This document shows, in pieces, positions 19,768-30,381 of a stretch of DNA of 64,000 bases. Within the stretch, counting starts at the first letter, position 1, and each line of letters starts with the position of its first letter. The DNA comes from an uncultured Acidimicrobiia bacterium (GTDB lineage: Bacteria; Actinomycetota; Acidimicrobiia; Spongiisociales; JAENVV01). A program made the translations under genes and the position numbers. Location: contig CBDUEV010000003.1 of assembly GCA_965366365.1 (NCBI GenBank), positions 28,098 through 92,097 of the forward strand, read 5' to 3'. The notes below the pieces were generated by a model. The model ran no database searches. It was not told the origin of the DNA and saw nothing but the letters and a program-made list of their open reading frames with translations.

Positions 19768-21101
19768 GCCTCCGAACCCGGCTGACCTTGCTGGTGTCGG
19801 GGGCGGTCATCGTCACCGTCACTCTGGTGGCCGGGGCGGCGTTCGCCTCCGCCGTGCGCGAGGTGCGCGAGGAGGCGGACGCGGTTCTGCGCTCCCGCGC
19901 CTCCGATTTGGGAGCGGCCGACTATCCGATCGGGCGCCAGACCGACGGGAACGATCGACGATTCTTCAATCGATCGGACCCTGTCCAGTTCCTCAACTCC
20001 GAAGGGACACCGTTTGCCATCGGCGGCTTGGACGATCCGCTACCGGTCGGGTCGCTCGATCTCGCCGCCTTGGAGGATCAGACGATCTCACCCATCCACA
20101 CGGTCTCGACCAAACAGGGCGACTTCCGGGTCATCACCGTTCCCCTGTCCGATGGCGCGATCATGTTGGCCCGCGACCTCTCGGAGCAGGAAGCCGTGCT
20201 GGACGGTCTCCGAGTCCGTTTCACGACGATCGGATTGCTCGGCGCCATCGTTGCGGGGATGATCGGATGGTTGGTGGTCAATCGGGCGCTGGCGCCCGTC
20301 AACGAACTGGCCAGCACCGCTGAGCATGTTGCCGCCACGCAGGATCTCACTGCCTCCATCCGCGTGGATCGAGACGACGAGTTGGGCCGGCTGGCCGTGA
20401 GCTTCAATACGATGCTGGCCGCCCTGGGAGCTTCCAGGCAGCAGCAGCGACGCCTGATCGACGACGCCAGCCACGAGTTGCGGACCCCTCTCACGGCGCT
20501 GCGCACCAACATCGACTTCCTCACCCGAGCGTCCGAGTTGCCGACCGAGGAGAGACAGGAAATCCTCGCTGACGCCACCTTCGAGCTCGAGGAGCTGACG
20601 TCTCTGGTGTCGGAACTGGTCGAACTCGCCACCGACACCGAGGCGACCGAGGAGCCGCGACTCAACGTGGCCCTCGACGAACTGGTGGCACGGGTCGCCG
20701 AACGAGCCGAGCGGCGTTGGGGGCGACCCATCAACCTGCGAGCCGAACCGGTGCTGGTGGAGGGTCGCCCCAATCTGCTCGAGCGAGCTGTGTCGAACCT
20801 GCTGGACAACGCGGCCAAATTCAGCGACCACGGGAGCCCGATCGAAGTACTCGTCGAGGCTGGAAACGTGCGGGTGACCGACCACGGCGTCGGCATCCCC
20901 GACCACGAGAAGTCCCGTGTCTTCGACAGGTTCTATCGGGCGAGCGAGGCCCGGACCCTTCCTGGCTCCGGACTGGGACTTTCCATCGTAAAGCAGGTGG
21001 CGGAGGCGCACGGCGGGACCGTGTTCGTCGAGGATGCGGACGGAGGAGGATCCGTCGTGGGCTTCACGATCCCCGTCCAGGACGATCGGACCGTTTCCTA
21101 G
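19764..21101 (+). CDS. HAMP sensor histidine kinase (MprB-like)
   Basis: Two TMs, [29 protein letters not shown]. Confidence 0.93.
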   Translation: MSLRTRLTLLVSGAVIVTVTLVAGAAFASAVREVREEADAVLRSRASDLGAADYPIGRQTDGNDRRFFNRSDPVQFLNSEGTPFAIGGLDDPLPVGSLDLAALEDQTISPIHTVSTKQGDFRVITVPLSDGAIMLARDLSEQEAVLDGLRVRFTTIGLLGAIVAGMIGWLVVNRALAPVNELASTAEHVAATQDLTASIRVDRDDELGRLAVSFNTMLAALGASRQQQRRLIDDASHELRTPLTALRTNIDFLTRASELPTEERQEILADATFELEELTSLVSELVELATDTEATEEPRLNVALDELVARVAERAERRWGRPINLRAEPVLVEGRPNLLERAVSNLLDNAAKFSDHGSPIEVLVEAGNVRVTDHGVGIPDHEKSRVFDRFYRASEARTLPGSGLGLSIVKQVAEAHGGTVFVEDADGGGSVVGFTIPVQDDRTVS

Positions 21102-22765
21102 ATGCCGGCGGCCACCACACAGTTCCGGCCGAGGTCCTTCGCTCGGTAGAGAGCCTTGTCTGCTTCGTGCAGCAGACTGTCGAAGTCCGGGACGTCGGAT
21201 GACAGTTCGGCCACCCCCGCCGACAGGGAGATCTGGATGAGACCTCCGGTCGTGCGTATGGGCGTTTCGGCCACCCTGCTGCGCAGACGGTCGACGACTG
21301 CGAAAGCCCCACCCAGATCGGTGTCGGGCATGACGATGGTGAACTCCTCACCCCCGTACCTGGCGAGGAGGTCACCTTCTCGGACGGCGTGCTGAAGGCG
21401 ACCCGCCAGCGCCACCAAGACCTCGTCGCCCAGGGCGTGACCGTGGGTGTCGTTGATCACCTTGAAGTTGTCGACGTCGACCATGGCCACGGTGATGGGC
21501 CGGCCCCGGACCGCCGCCTGGGTGGCGAGCTGAGCAGCCGCGTCGAGGAGGTGCCGGCGGTTGGCCAAGCCAGTCAGTTGATCCGTGTCGGCGATGCCCT
21601 GAAGTTCGTTCATCGGGGCCAGAACTCGTCGGGCGATCCACAGACCGGCGCCGGCCAGGACGATCGAGATCGCCACGCCGAGGTAGACATTGGTGCGTTC
21701 GTTGTCCCGCAGCCCACCGAGGAAGTCCTTCTCCGGGGCGTGCACCCCGATGATCCACGTTGTTGCCTCGTCAATCTCGAACGGCACGAAGGCCGCCTGG
21801 TGGACTTCGCCCCCGTGCGAGAACTCCCGGGTCCACGATGCCGCGGGGGTCCCGGCACCTCCCCCGGCCACGAACGCCGCGTAGGCGGCCTCGGAGGCAG
21901 TCGTCTGGGAGGAATCGACCTGCCACGACTCGATCGGGTCGGAGCCCGTCACCGGGGCAACCGGCTCAGACCCCTCGATGAGGTCCGAATAGGCGATCAA
22001 CTGACCCTCTTCGTCAACGATGAAGGCCGAGCCGCGCTCGCCGATATCGAGCGATCCAAGGAAGGACGCCAGAGCGGAAAGATCGATATCGACACCGACC
22101 ACCCCCACCAGCTGACCGTCCTTGTGGACCGCCTCTGCCACCGTGATGCCCGGTTGCTGTGAGGAGAAGAACATGTACGGGTCGGTCCACACCGGTTCGT
22201 CCGACGCAGCGGCTGACACGTACCAAGGTCGCCCGCGCGGATCGTAGGAGTCTTGCGGATCTGGCCGGGCGGACAGCTCCCGATGCTCGGTATCCCGCCA
22301 CGAGAGACTGACGCTTCGGTTGCCGTTGACGTCCCGTTCCACCACCTTGAGGCGATAGACGGCTTCCGGCTCCGTGAAGTCCCGATTCACGAAGGTGAAC
22401 GAGCCATCAGCTCCCCCGAAGTAGATGCCGTCGAACTCGGGATTGGCGTCCATGACATCGAAGAAGAACTGCTCGACCTGGTCGGGTTGGCCGACATCGA
22501 GGGCCGAGGTCTCGAGCAGAGCCGCGGTGAGCTCGGTGGTACGCACCGCCGGGTCCAGAAATCCGAGCGTTCGAACCTCCGACCGATCAGCGGCGCCAAC
22601 CAAGATCTCCTGCATGTGGGCAAGCAGCACGCCCTGGGACGTCACATGGGAGGAAATCAGGAGGGCTCCGACCGCAACGAGTTGCAGCAGCACGAGACCC
22701 AGAATGAGCCAGAGGCGGAACGCCCGGGGAAGCGCGCGTTCGAGCCTGACGGGACGATTGAACAT
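21098..22765 (-). CDS. Diguanylate cyclase with extracellular dCache sensor
   Basis: YDPRGRPWY/WTDPY dCache motifs, TM, DQLTGLANRR, REGD I-site, RYGGEEF. Start uncertain (22765 vs 22852). Confidence 0.9.
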   Translation of the reverse strand: MFNRPVRLERALPRAFRLWLILGLVLLQLVAVGALLISSHVTSQGVLLAHMQEILVGAADRSEVRTLGFLDPAVRTTELTAALLETSALDVGQPDQVEQFFFDVMDANPEFDGIYFGGADGSFTFVNRDFTEPEAVYRLKVVERDVNGNRSVSLSWRDTEHRELSARPDPQDSYDPRGRPWYVSAAASDEPVWTDPYMFFSSQQPGITVAEAVHKDGQLVGVVGVDIDLSALASFLGSLDIGERGSAFIVDEEGQLIAYSDLIEGSEPVAPVTGSDPIESWQVDSSQTTASEAAYAAFVAGGGAGTPAASWTREFSHGGEVHQAAFVPFEIDEATTWIIGVHAPEKDFLGGLRDNERTNVYLGVAISIVLAGAGLWIARRVLAPMNELQGIADTDQLTGLANRRHLLDAAAQLATQAAVRGRPITVAMVDVDNFKVINDTHGHALGDEVLVALAGRLQHAVREGDLLARYGGEEFTIVMPDTDLGGAFAVVDRLRSRVAETPIRTTGGLIQISLSAGVAELSSDVPDFDSLLHEADKALYRAKDLGRNCVVAAGI

Positions 22766-22997
22766 ATCCAGATGTATCGGCCCACGAAGTCCGCCCGGTA
22801 AGCGATTCCTTCGCTCGAGGCGTCCGACGCACCGAGCCCGTTTCTCATCCAACTCTTAGGTTCCTTTGACAGAGCGTTCAGAACCGCGCCCAATACTGAG
22901 AGTCCAATACGGGAATACGGAACCAAGCAATCGAAATCGAGACCGTCGAAGCAGGACCAGTTGCCGGAAGAGGCATCCAAGCACATGTGAATGAAGA

Positions 22998-23075
22998 CCG
23001 GCAAGGTTTCATCCTCCCGAGACCGGCCACCGTGAAGCGTGCGGGCGATCGGATCCTCCCTCCCCGATCGCCCGC
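22998..23075 (+). ncRNA. Candidate 6C/cuckoo-like RNA: two hairpins with AUCCUCCC loops
   Basis: GGTTTC-ATCCTCCC-GAGACC (23005-23024) and GCGGGCGATCGG-ATCCTCCCTCC-CCGATCGCCCGC (23041-23075). Confidence 0.5.
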
Positions 23076-23098
23076 CACCTCTCCTGAAAGGAACCCAC

Positions 23099-23287
23099 AT
23101 GGACCACGCTATTTCTGCCAAACGACCGGCCGGCAGGCCGCGTCGCCCCAAGAGCTACGAAGCCGGGCGCGTGTGTGGTGGGACCGGATGCGAAACGCGC
23201 CTCTCCCGATACAACAAGGGCGAGTTCTGTCATGTGCACGCACCGGTCAAGTTCCCGCGAGTACGCGGCCGGGTCGAGGAGCAGTAG
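23099..23287 (+). CDS. Small basic putative zinc-finger protein (62 aa; C-x4-C-x12-C-x2-H)
   Basis: AAAGGA RBS then MDHAISAKRP...RVCGGTGCETRLSRYNKGEFCHVH. Confidence 0.7.
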   Translation: MDHAISAKRPAGRPRRPKSYEAGRVCGGTGCETRLSRYNKGEFCHVHAPVKFPRVRGRVEEQ

Positions 23288-23336
23288 CGTTCAGTCCGGG
23301 TAGGCTCCCGGACGAGTCGTCCAACGGGAGAGCCAC

Positions 23337-24287
23337 ATGCGGTACCGAAGCCTGGGGAAGTGGGGAGTGAAGGTCTCGGAGGTCTCGCTGGGGGCATGGA
23401 CCACCTACGGCGACAGTGTCCGCGATCTCGCCCAGATTCGCGAGATTGCTCGGATCGCCTATGACGCCGGGGTGAACTTCTTCGACAACGCCGACGTCTA
23501 TGCCACCGGAAAGGCCGAAGAGGTCATGGGTGAGGTGCTGGCCGACTTCCCTCGTCACACCCTGGTGCTGTCCTCCAAGGCGTTCTGGCCGATGTCCGAC
23601 GACGTCAACGATCGTGGGCTGAGCCGCAAACACCTGCGCCACTCGATCGACCAGACCCTTCGGAGATTGAGAGTCGACTACGTCGACCTCTATTTCGCTC
23701 ACCGGTACGACCCCAACACCCCCATGGAAGAGATCGTCTCGACGTTCTCGGGCCTGGTCGATCAGGGCAAGATCCTCTACTGGGGCACCTCGGAATGGCC
23801 CGCCGCTCGCATCGCCGAGGCTGTGGCCTTTGCCAATGGACACGGATACCATCCCCCCGTGGTCGAACAGCCCCAGTACTCGATGCTGGTTCGCGACCGT
23901 GTGGAGAAACGCATTCTTCCTGTCACCGACTCGACCGGCATGGGCGTCGTGGTGTGGAGCCCGCTGGCCATGGGAATGCTGACGGGCAAATACGACGAAG
24001 GGATGCCTGAAGGGGCGCGCCTCACCAGCAATGACGGATTCCGGGAACAGTTGCTCAATGACGCGAACCGGCGCCGTGTGGTGGCACTGCGCGAGGTGGC
24101 AGACGATCTGGGAATCACCCGCACTCAGCTGGCCCTGGCGTGGGTCCTGCGTTCCCCTTCGATCTCCTCTGCGATCACCGGTGCCACTCACCCGAGCCAA
24201 ATCGCCGAGAGCCTCGGGGCCAGCGGTGTCGATCTTTTGCCAGAGTCCGTCGAACGCATCGACGCCATCCTCGCCTCAGACGACTGA
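23337..24287 (+). CDS. Aldo/keto reductase (Kv-beta-like)
   Basis: FFDNADVY, LSSK, AHRYD, GTSEW, WSPLAMG. Confidence 0.93.
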   Translation: MRYRSLGKWGVKVSEVSLGAWTTYGDSVRDLAQIREIARIAYDAGVNFFDNADVYATGKAEEVMGEVLADFPRHTLVLSSKAFWPMSDDVNDRGLSRKHLRHSIDQTLRRLRVDYVDLYFAHRYDPNTPMEEIVSTFSGLVDQGKILYWGTSEWPAARIAEAVAFANGHGYHPPVVEQPQYSMLVRDRVEKRILPVTDSTGMGVVVWSPLAMGMLTGKYDEGMPEGARLTSNDGFREQLLNDANRRRVVALREVADDLGITRTQLALAWVLRSPSISSAITGATHPSQIAESLGASGVDLLPESVERIDAILASDD

Positions 24288-24350
24288 CGCCCACGCAGCT
24301 CTCTCGTCGGGATCGCCGCTCGCGAGCCGGCGGACGGGACGCTCGCCTGA

Positions 24351-25811
24351 TCAACGCTGCTCGACGGTGGGCAACTCGAAGCGGAACTCGCTCCATCCGT
24401 CGATGTAGTCGTAGGTGAGGTCACCGTCCATCATTCGGGCGAGCTGCCGCGAGACGGCTAGCCCCAGTCCGGCTGCGTCGGGCCTCGAAGCCCCGCCGGT
24501 CGACTGGAACGGCTCGAAAGCCCCGGCGCGGTCGTCCACAGGGATCCCGCTGCCGTTGTCGCTCACGACGAGAGTCACGACCTCGTCCTGCCGCACCGTT
24601 TCGATCCGGACGATGTCGCCGCCGTAGCGGCTGGCGTTGGTGAGCAGGTTGCGGACGATTTGTCGGGTCCGGAGGGGATCGGCGAGCACCATGGTCGGAG
24701 AGGCCTGCACCACGAACTCCTTCCCGGCGTCCCGCTGCAGTGGTTCATAGGCGGCTATCACCTCGGCGCTCAGGTCCATCGGAACCGGGTCGATACTCAC
24801 CGTTCCCAGGTCGGCGCGCGCCCCCACGATCAAGTCCTCGATGATGTCGGAGACCTCCTGAGCCTGAGAGAACACCATGCGAGTCGCTTCGGTCCGGCCC
24901 TCCACGTCGTCGCCAAAGGCTCCGGCGCACAGCATTTCGGCGAAGCCGAGAACGGCCGTCAACGGCGTCCGTAGCTCGTGCGAGATCGTGGCAACGAACT
25001 CGTCCTTGGCATCCACCAGGCGCTGCATGTGTTCCTTCTCGGCCGCCGCTTCGAGGGCCGAGAGGTCATGGCACACCACCGAGAAGTACGCCTGGTCGTC
25101 GTGGTCGGATTTCTCATGATGCATGAGGGTCACGGTGTGACGAATCGGCACGCCGTGGACGTTGACCAGGTAGCGGTCTTCACGCCACGAGCCATCCAGG
25201 AGGAGATCCGGTAGCACCGCGTACCAGAAGGCCGAGTCGTCGTCTGTGGCGAAAAGAGCCGACGCCCGCAAGCTGGGAAGCGCATCCAGGTTCGGATTCC
25301 CGAAGAACCGATGGGCGGATGGATTCATGAAGAAGACTCGTTCGGAGGCGTCGATGAGCAGGACGAGGTCGTCGGCGGCTTCGATGATCGCCGCCAGGCG
25401 AGCGTTGCGCGCCTCGGAGGCGCCCAGGTCCAAACCTGCCTGGCGTCGATAGTCCGCGTAGCGCAGGGCGCGACCCAATGCCGCCGCATTCACCGACTCG
25501 CGAGCGATACTGTCATCGGCTCGACCTTCCTGGACGGCAGCCTCCCCCAGCAGGGGATCGTCGACGATGGCGATGAGAGGCGCGCTGCCGATCATGGCCC
25601 GCACGGCGCGCAGTCCGGCAATGCCGTCGGCGTCAGGCACGCCTAGATCCAAAACCACAGCATCAGGGGGGCGCTCGTGGAGCGCAGTGAAACCCTCGGC
25701 GAGCGAACCCGCCGTTCTGATCACGTCGGTACTGCCTGAGCTTTCCACGAGCCGGCACAAGGTGCCTGGTTGTGAAGACTCAACGACGAGCACCATGCCG
25801 AGCTTCTTCAT
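24351..25811 (-). CDS. Cytoplasmic hybrid histidine kinase (REC-PAS-HisKA-HATPase)
   Basis: PDAVVLDLG receiver, PAS (MNPSAHRFFG), [22 protein letters not shown]. Confidence 0.88.
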   Translation of the reverse strand: MKKLGMVLVVESSQPGTLCRLVESSGSTDVIRTAGSLAEGFTALHERPPDAVVLDLGVPDADGIAGLRAVRAMIGSAPLIAIVDDPLLGEAAVQEGRADDSIARESVNAAALGRALRYADYRRQAGLDLGASEARNARLAAIIEAADDLVLLIDASERVFFMNPSAHRFFGNPNLDALPSLRASALFATDDDSAFWYAVLPDLLLDGSWREDRYLVNVHGVPIRHTVTLMHHEKSDHDDQAYFSVVCHDLSALEAAAEKEHMQRLVDAKDEFVATISHELRTPLTAVLGFAEMLCAGAFGDDVEGRTEATRMVFSQAQEVSDIIEDLIVGARADLGTVSIDPVPMDLSAEVIAAYEPLQRDAGKEFVVQASPTMVLADPLRTRQIVRNLLTNASRYGGDIVRIETVRQDEVVTLVVSDNGSGIPVDDRAGAFEPFQSTGGASRPDAAGLGLAVSRQLARMMDGDLTYDYIDGWSEFRFELPTVEQR

Positions 25812-25861
25812 ATACAGTTTTCATCGGCCCGGATCGACCCGGCTTGAGCGCTGTGATGGCT

Positions 25862-27046
25862 TCAGAGACCGGCCTGGCGCCACGCCTCTCGAATCTTGGT
25901 TCGGCCCGAACGAAGGATGCCACCTCGGTAGATCCGGGCCGCGATCCGTATCAAGACGATGGTGCTCACCACCGTGGAGGCGATGGCGACGCCGAACTGC
26001 CAGGGCGGGACCTCCAACGCGGCGGATCGCACGAGCATCACCATCGGAGCCGTGATCGGCAGCATGGACGCCACCTCGACGAGAGTCGTCTCGGGATCGG
26101 CGGTGGCAACGAGGGCGATGAAGTAGCCGGGGAGAATCGCAACGATGGGGATCCACGAGACGGACTGGACGTCCTCCTGCCGGGAGACGAGCGACCCGGC
26201 GGCGGCGAAGAGAACGCTGTAGAGGCTATAGCCGAGGAGGAACCACATCACCACTGAAAGCAGAATGCCGAGACCCATTTCGCCGAGGTCGGGCAGGTCC
26301 GCGAGGTCGATGACGTTCAGGATCGCCACCAGGGATCCCCCGATCAGGATGAGCTGGACGAGACCGAGCAACCCGATGCCAATCACCTTCCCGGCGAGCA
26401 ACTCGACGGGGCGCACCCGAGACAAGACGACCTCGGCAACTCGACCCGCCTTCTCCTCGAGGACACCGAGCAGCACGAATTGACCGAACATCACAATCGA
26501 GATGAAGAGAAGCAGCACACCAACGTAGGCAGCCGCCGAGCGCGCCTCGGCGTCGGGGTCGGGTTCGGACAGCGTCACCACCTCGGGCGGTTCGGGGGCC
26601 AGGAGCGCAGCCAGCTCGTCGGGAGCGAGGCCAAGTTCGACGCTGGCGATCTGACGGTCGGCGAACCCGAACGCGGCCACGAAGATCGCTTGCAGAGTCC
26701 CCGAGGCTTGCTGGCGATAGACGACCTCGCGTCCGTCGACGAGGGCCTCCACCTCCCCGGCGTCGAGGGCGACCTCGCCCAACTCCCGAGAGGAGTAGCT
26801 CTCGACTTCGAGATCGACCCCGGCCCCGTCCGCGGCAAAGTCGAGCGCCGCTTCGAACTCGACTGCGAAGGGGGTCACCATTCCGACAGGAATCGCACTC
26901 GGACCTTCGAGCACTTGGGCGAGGAGGGGCACACCTCCGAAGATCGCAGCCATCACCGCCAACGTCGCCACGAGGAATATCCGACTCTGGGCACGCTGGA
27001 CGAAATCCCTGCGGGCCACCTCGAAGATCGAACGCCATCGACTCAT
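25862..27046 (-). CDS. ABC-2 type permease (NatB/YhaP-like)
   Basis: GVLEEKAGRVAEVVLS, LLAGKVIG, RIYRGGIL; start overlaps the ATPase stop. Confidence 0.88.
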   Translation of the reverse strand: MSRWRSIFEVARRDFVQRAQSRIFLVATLAVMAAIFGGVPLLAQVLEGPSAIPVGMVTPFAVEFEAALDFAADGAGVDLEVESYSSRELGEVALDAGEVEALVDGREVVYRQQASGTLQAIFVAAFGFADRQIASVELGLAPDELAALLAPEPPEVVTLSEPDPDAEARSAAAYVGVLLLFISIVMFGQFVLLGVLEEKAGRVAEVVLSRVRPVELLAGKVIGIGLLGLVQLILIGGSLVAILNVIDLADLPDLGEMGLGILLSVVMWFLLGYSLYSVLFAAAGSLVSRQEDVQSVSWIPIVAILPGYFIALVATADPETTLVEVASMLPITAPMVMLVRSAALEVPPWQFGVAIASTVVSTIVLIRIAARIYRGGILRSGRTKIREAWRQAGL

Positions 27047-27927
27047 GAACCGACCGCCTGGCGGAAGAGATCCGAGAGGTGGGGCGGACCATAGGAGAAA
27101 TCGGTCACGTCGCCCTCGGCTCCGGCCTGGGCAAGAACATCGTCGAGCCGGATCGTGGCCGGAACCAGGAACCCAGCACCACGGGCGTTTCCGGTCGCCG
27201 GCGCCATCCCTTCCAGGTCGGGAGACCACGCCACGCCGTCGACCGACACCTCGATGCGGATCAGATCGGTTTGGGAACGAAGGGTGGCCACCTCTCCGGA
27301 CAGGACGACCGTGCCTTTGTGGATGATCACGACGTCCTGACAGACGTCCTCGACGAGGTCGAGCTGGTGGCTCGAGAAGACGATGCCGACCCCTTCCTCG
27401 GCCAGGTCGACCAGCAGGGTGGACATCGCCGTGATTCCCAGGGGATCCAAACCGGCGAACGGCTCGTCCAACACGAGCAGCTGGGGCGAGTGCACGAGCG
27501 CGGCGGCGAGTTGGACTCGCTGCTGGTTTCCATGCGACAGCTCCTCGAGACGCGAATTCGCTCGGTCGGCCAGGCCCAGTCGAGTCAGCCAGTGATCGGC
27601 CGCCGCGGCCGCCTTCTTACGTGGCAAGCCGGACAACACCCCGAAGTAGGCGAGTTCGTCAGCCACCTTCATCTTGGGGTAGAGGCCCCGTTCCTCGGGC
27701 ATGTACCCAAACCGCAGGCGCGTCTCGTGCGTGACCGGTAGGCCCTTCCAACGCACCTCGCCGGCATCCGGCTCGGCAAGGCCGAAGATGCACCGCATGG
27801 CAGTGGTCTTCCCGGCGCCGTTCGGACCGAGGAATCCGACGATTCGGCCGGGGGGCACCACAAAGCTGGCCGCATCGAGGGCAACCACCTCGTTGTATCG
27901 CTTCGAAAGAGCGTCGATTTCGAGCAT
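27043..27927 (-). CDS. ABC transporter ATP-binding protein (YhaQ-like)
   Basis: GPNGAGKTT, GYMPEERGLY, LSHGNQQR, LDEPFAGLD. Confidence 0.93.
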   Translation of the reverse strand: MLEIDALSKRYNEVVALDAASFVVPPGRIVGFLGPNGAGKTTAMRCIFGLAEPDAGEVRWKGLPVTHETRLRFGYMPEERGLYPKMKVADELAYFGVLSGLPRKKAAAAADHWLTRLGLADRANSRLEELSHGNQQRVQLAAALVHSPQLLVLDEPFAGLDPLGITAMSTLLVDLAEEGVGIVFSSHQLDLVEDVCQDVVIIHKGTVVLSGEVATLRSQTDLIRIEVSVDGVAWSPDLEGMAPATGNARGAGFLVPATIRLDDVLAQAGAEGDVTDFSYGPPHLSDLFRQAVGS

Positions 27928-28121
27928 CAGCCTCCGAACCGTAGCCGGTCCCCACAGACCCAGCCAGGGGCGAATTGCCACACACCTGACGGCTCGCCAA
28001 GCGAGCGACCCTGCAGAGAAACACGCTCCACGGCGGGGCAGGAGTGTGGACCTGCCTCCAGCTCAACTATCGTCGCAGGTGACAAAGCGAACAGATACGC
28101 AAAGACGGACAGCGAGGCATT

Positions 28122-29270
28122 ATGCGAATCGGAATCCTCACAGGCGGCGGGGACGTCCCCGGGCTCAACCCCTGCATCAAGGCGGTCGTCAACCGCGTTG
28201 CGGACCGAGGCCACGACGTCATCGGAATTCGGCGAGGCTGGGCTGGAGTTGTCGACCACAACCCCGACGACCCCACCTCGGTGGACCGCCATTTCCTGCA
28301 CCTCACCCCCAACGTTGTCAGAACCATCGACCGCAGCGGCGGCACGATGCTGCATACCTCGCGGACCAACCCTCAGCGTGTCCGCGACAGAGAGGTCCCC
28401 GATTTCCTGCGGGATCAGGTGGAGGGCGACGGCCCCCACGATCTGACCGACCATGTCTTGCGGGTCCTCGAAGATCAGAAGTTCGACGTGCTCATTCCGA
28501 TCGGGGGCGACGACACACTGTCCTACGGGCAGCGGCTCCACGAAGAAGGCTTTCCTGTCATCGCCATCCCGAAGACCATGGACAACGACGTGCACGGTAC
28601 CGAGTACTGCATCGGCTTCTCGACCGCCGTCACCCGCGGGGTCCAGTTCATCACGAACCTTCGCACGTCGACCGGTTCGCACGAGCGGATCGCCGTCGTC
28701 GAACTGTTCGGTCGCAACAGCGGCGAGACCTCTCTCGTCACGGCCTACCTGTCGGGCGTCGATCGGTCGATCATCTCGGAGGTTCCCTTCGACATCGACC
28801 GGCTCACGGATTTCCTGGTTGAAGACCGAGCCAAGAACCCCAGCAAATACGCGATCCTCACCATCTCGGAGGGAGCACAGCTCATCGACGGGGACATCAT
28901 CGAGAGTGGCGAATCCGATGCCTATGGACACCGCAAGCTGGGCGGCATCGGCGCCCACACCGCCGAACTCATCAAGGCGCGGACGGGTATCGGCATCATC
29001 GAGCAACGCCTCGGATACCTGATGCGCTCCGGGAGCCCCGATTCGCTCGACCTCATGGTGGCGATCAACTTCGCGGTCATGGCGGCCGAGCTGGCCATGG
29101 AGGGCGCCACCGGACGGATGGTTGCCCTGCGCGGCGGCACGTACACCGCTGTGCCGATCTCTGTCACCAAGGAAGGCGTGAAGCGTGTGGACGTGGACGA
29201 GCTCTACGACCGAGACGAATACCGCCCCAAGGTGCGCCACGTGACCGGCAAACCGATGTTCTTGTACTGA
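28122..29270 (+). CDS. Phosphofructokinase, PPi-type signature
   Basis: [28 protein letters not shown]. Confidence 0.9.
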   Translation: MRIGILTGGGDVPGLNPCIKAVVNRVADRGHDVIGIRRGWAGVVDHNPDDPTSVDRHFLHLTPNVVRTIDRSGGTMLHTSRTNPQRVRDREVPDFLRDQVEGDGPHDLTDHVLRVLEDQKFDVLIPIGGDDTLSYGQRLHEEGFPVIAIPKTMDNDVHGTEYCIGFSTAVTRGVQFITNLRTSTGSHERIAVVELFGRNSGETSLVTAYLSGVDRSIISEVPFDIDRLTDFLVEDRAKNPSKYAILTISEGAQLIDGDIIESGESDAYGHRKLGGIGAHTAELIKARTGIGIIEQRLGYLMRSGSPDSLDLMVAINFAVMAAELAMEGATGRMVALRGGTYTAVPISVTKEGVKRVDVDELYDRDEYRPKVRHVTGKPMFLY

Positions 29271-30298
29271 TGCGCAATGTCATAGGCGTACTCACCGCAG
29301 GCGGAGACTGCCCGGGCCTCAACGCGGTCATTCGTTCGGTCGTCAGTAGGGCGGTCGAACACCACGACGCAGATGTGGTCGGGATTATGAACGGCTGGGA
29401 GGGCTTGATGGACGGCCGGACCAGGCCCCTCGATCGCGACGACGTGCGAGGGATCCTGCAGCGGGGCGGGACCATCCTCGGAACCTCCCGCAAGGATCCG
29501 TACGTCCACGGCGACGGGTACGAAAGCGTCCGGCGAACGGTAGAGCGCAACGACATCACCTCGCTCATCGTGATCGGAGGCGACGGAACCCTGCGCACCG
29601 CCCTCAAGCTCTCCGAAGAGGGTCTCTCGGTGGTCGGCGTCCCCAAGACCATCGACAACGACATTTCGGCCACCGACTACACCTTCGGCTTCGATACCGC
29701 GCTGAGTATCGCAACCGACGCCGTCGATCGCATCGCCACGACGGCCGAGGCCCACAACCGAATCATGCTCGTCGAGGTCATGGGACGGACCAAGGGATGG
29801 ATCGCCACATACGCAGCCATCGCCGGTGGTGCCGATGCACTTCTCATCCCGGAGATCCCCTACGACCTGGACGACATCGCCCGGAACCTGAAGCGGCGCC
29901 ACCGAAAAGGCAGGACCTACTCCGTTGTGGTCGTCGCCGAGGGCGTGGCTCCCCCGGCAGGCGTCACCACCGACAAATCTCTCGACGCCTTCGGCTTCGA
30001 GCGGCTCGGCGGCGTGGCCTACCAAATCGCCCCCGAGCTCGAAGAACGCACCGGTTTCGAGACGCGGGTTACCGTTTTGGGACACCTCCAACGAGGTGGC
30101 ACGCCGACTGCGTTCGATCGTGTCCTGGGAACTCGATTCGGGGCGGCGGCCGTGGACATGGCCATCGCCGGGGAGAGCCAGGTGATGGTTGCTGTTCGTT
30201 CTGATCAGATGGTCGCCGTCCCCCTCGCCGAGGCGTGCGAGTCGATCAAGGGCGTCGGAGACGACCTCTACGACCTCGCCGCCACCTTCTTCAACTGA
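29270..30298 (+). CDS. pfkA: 6-phosphofructokinase, ATP-type signature
   Basis: TAGGDCPGLN, GGDGTL, PKTIDND, EVMGR, LGHLQRGG. Confidence 0.92.
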   Translation: MRNVIGVLTAGGDCPGLNAVIRSVVSRAVEHHDADVVGIMNGWEGLMDGRTRPLDRDDVRGILQRGGTILGTSRKDPYVHGDGYESVRRTVERNDITSLIVIGGDGTLRTALKLSEEGLSVVGVPKTIDNDISATDYTFGFDTALSIATDAVDRIATTAEAHNRIMLVEVMGRTKGWIATYAAIAGGADALLIPEIPYDLDDIARNLKRRHRKGRTYSVVVVAEGVAPPAGVTTDKSLDAFGFERLGGVAYQIAPELEERTGFETRVTVLGHLQRGGTPTAFDRVLGTRFGAAAVDMAIAGESQVMVAVRSDQMVAVPLAEACESIKGVGDDLYDLAATFFN

Positions 30299-30381
30299 GT
30301 CCCCTGGACTCCGGCCAAGACTGAGGCCCGGCCCATACCGTGAGTGTCGCCGCCCTGGATTGGCGGCATCGGTTTCGCCGA

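Noticed and set aside
22766-22990. Possible c-di-GMP or c-di-AMP riboswitch near the diguanylate cyclase
   Set aside because: Could not find the conserved GEMM or ydaO elements by eye.
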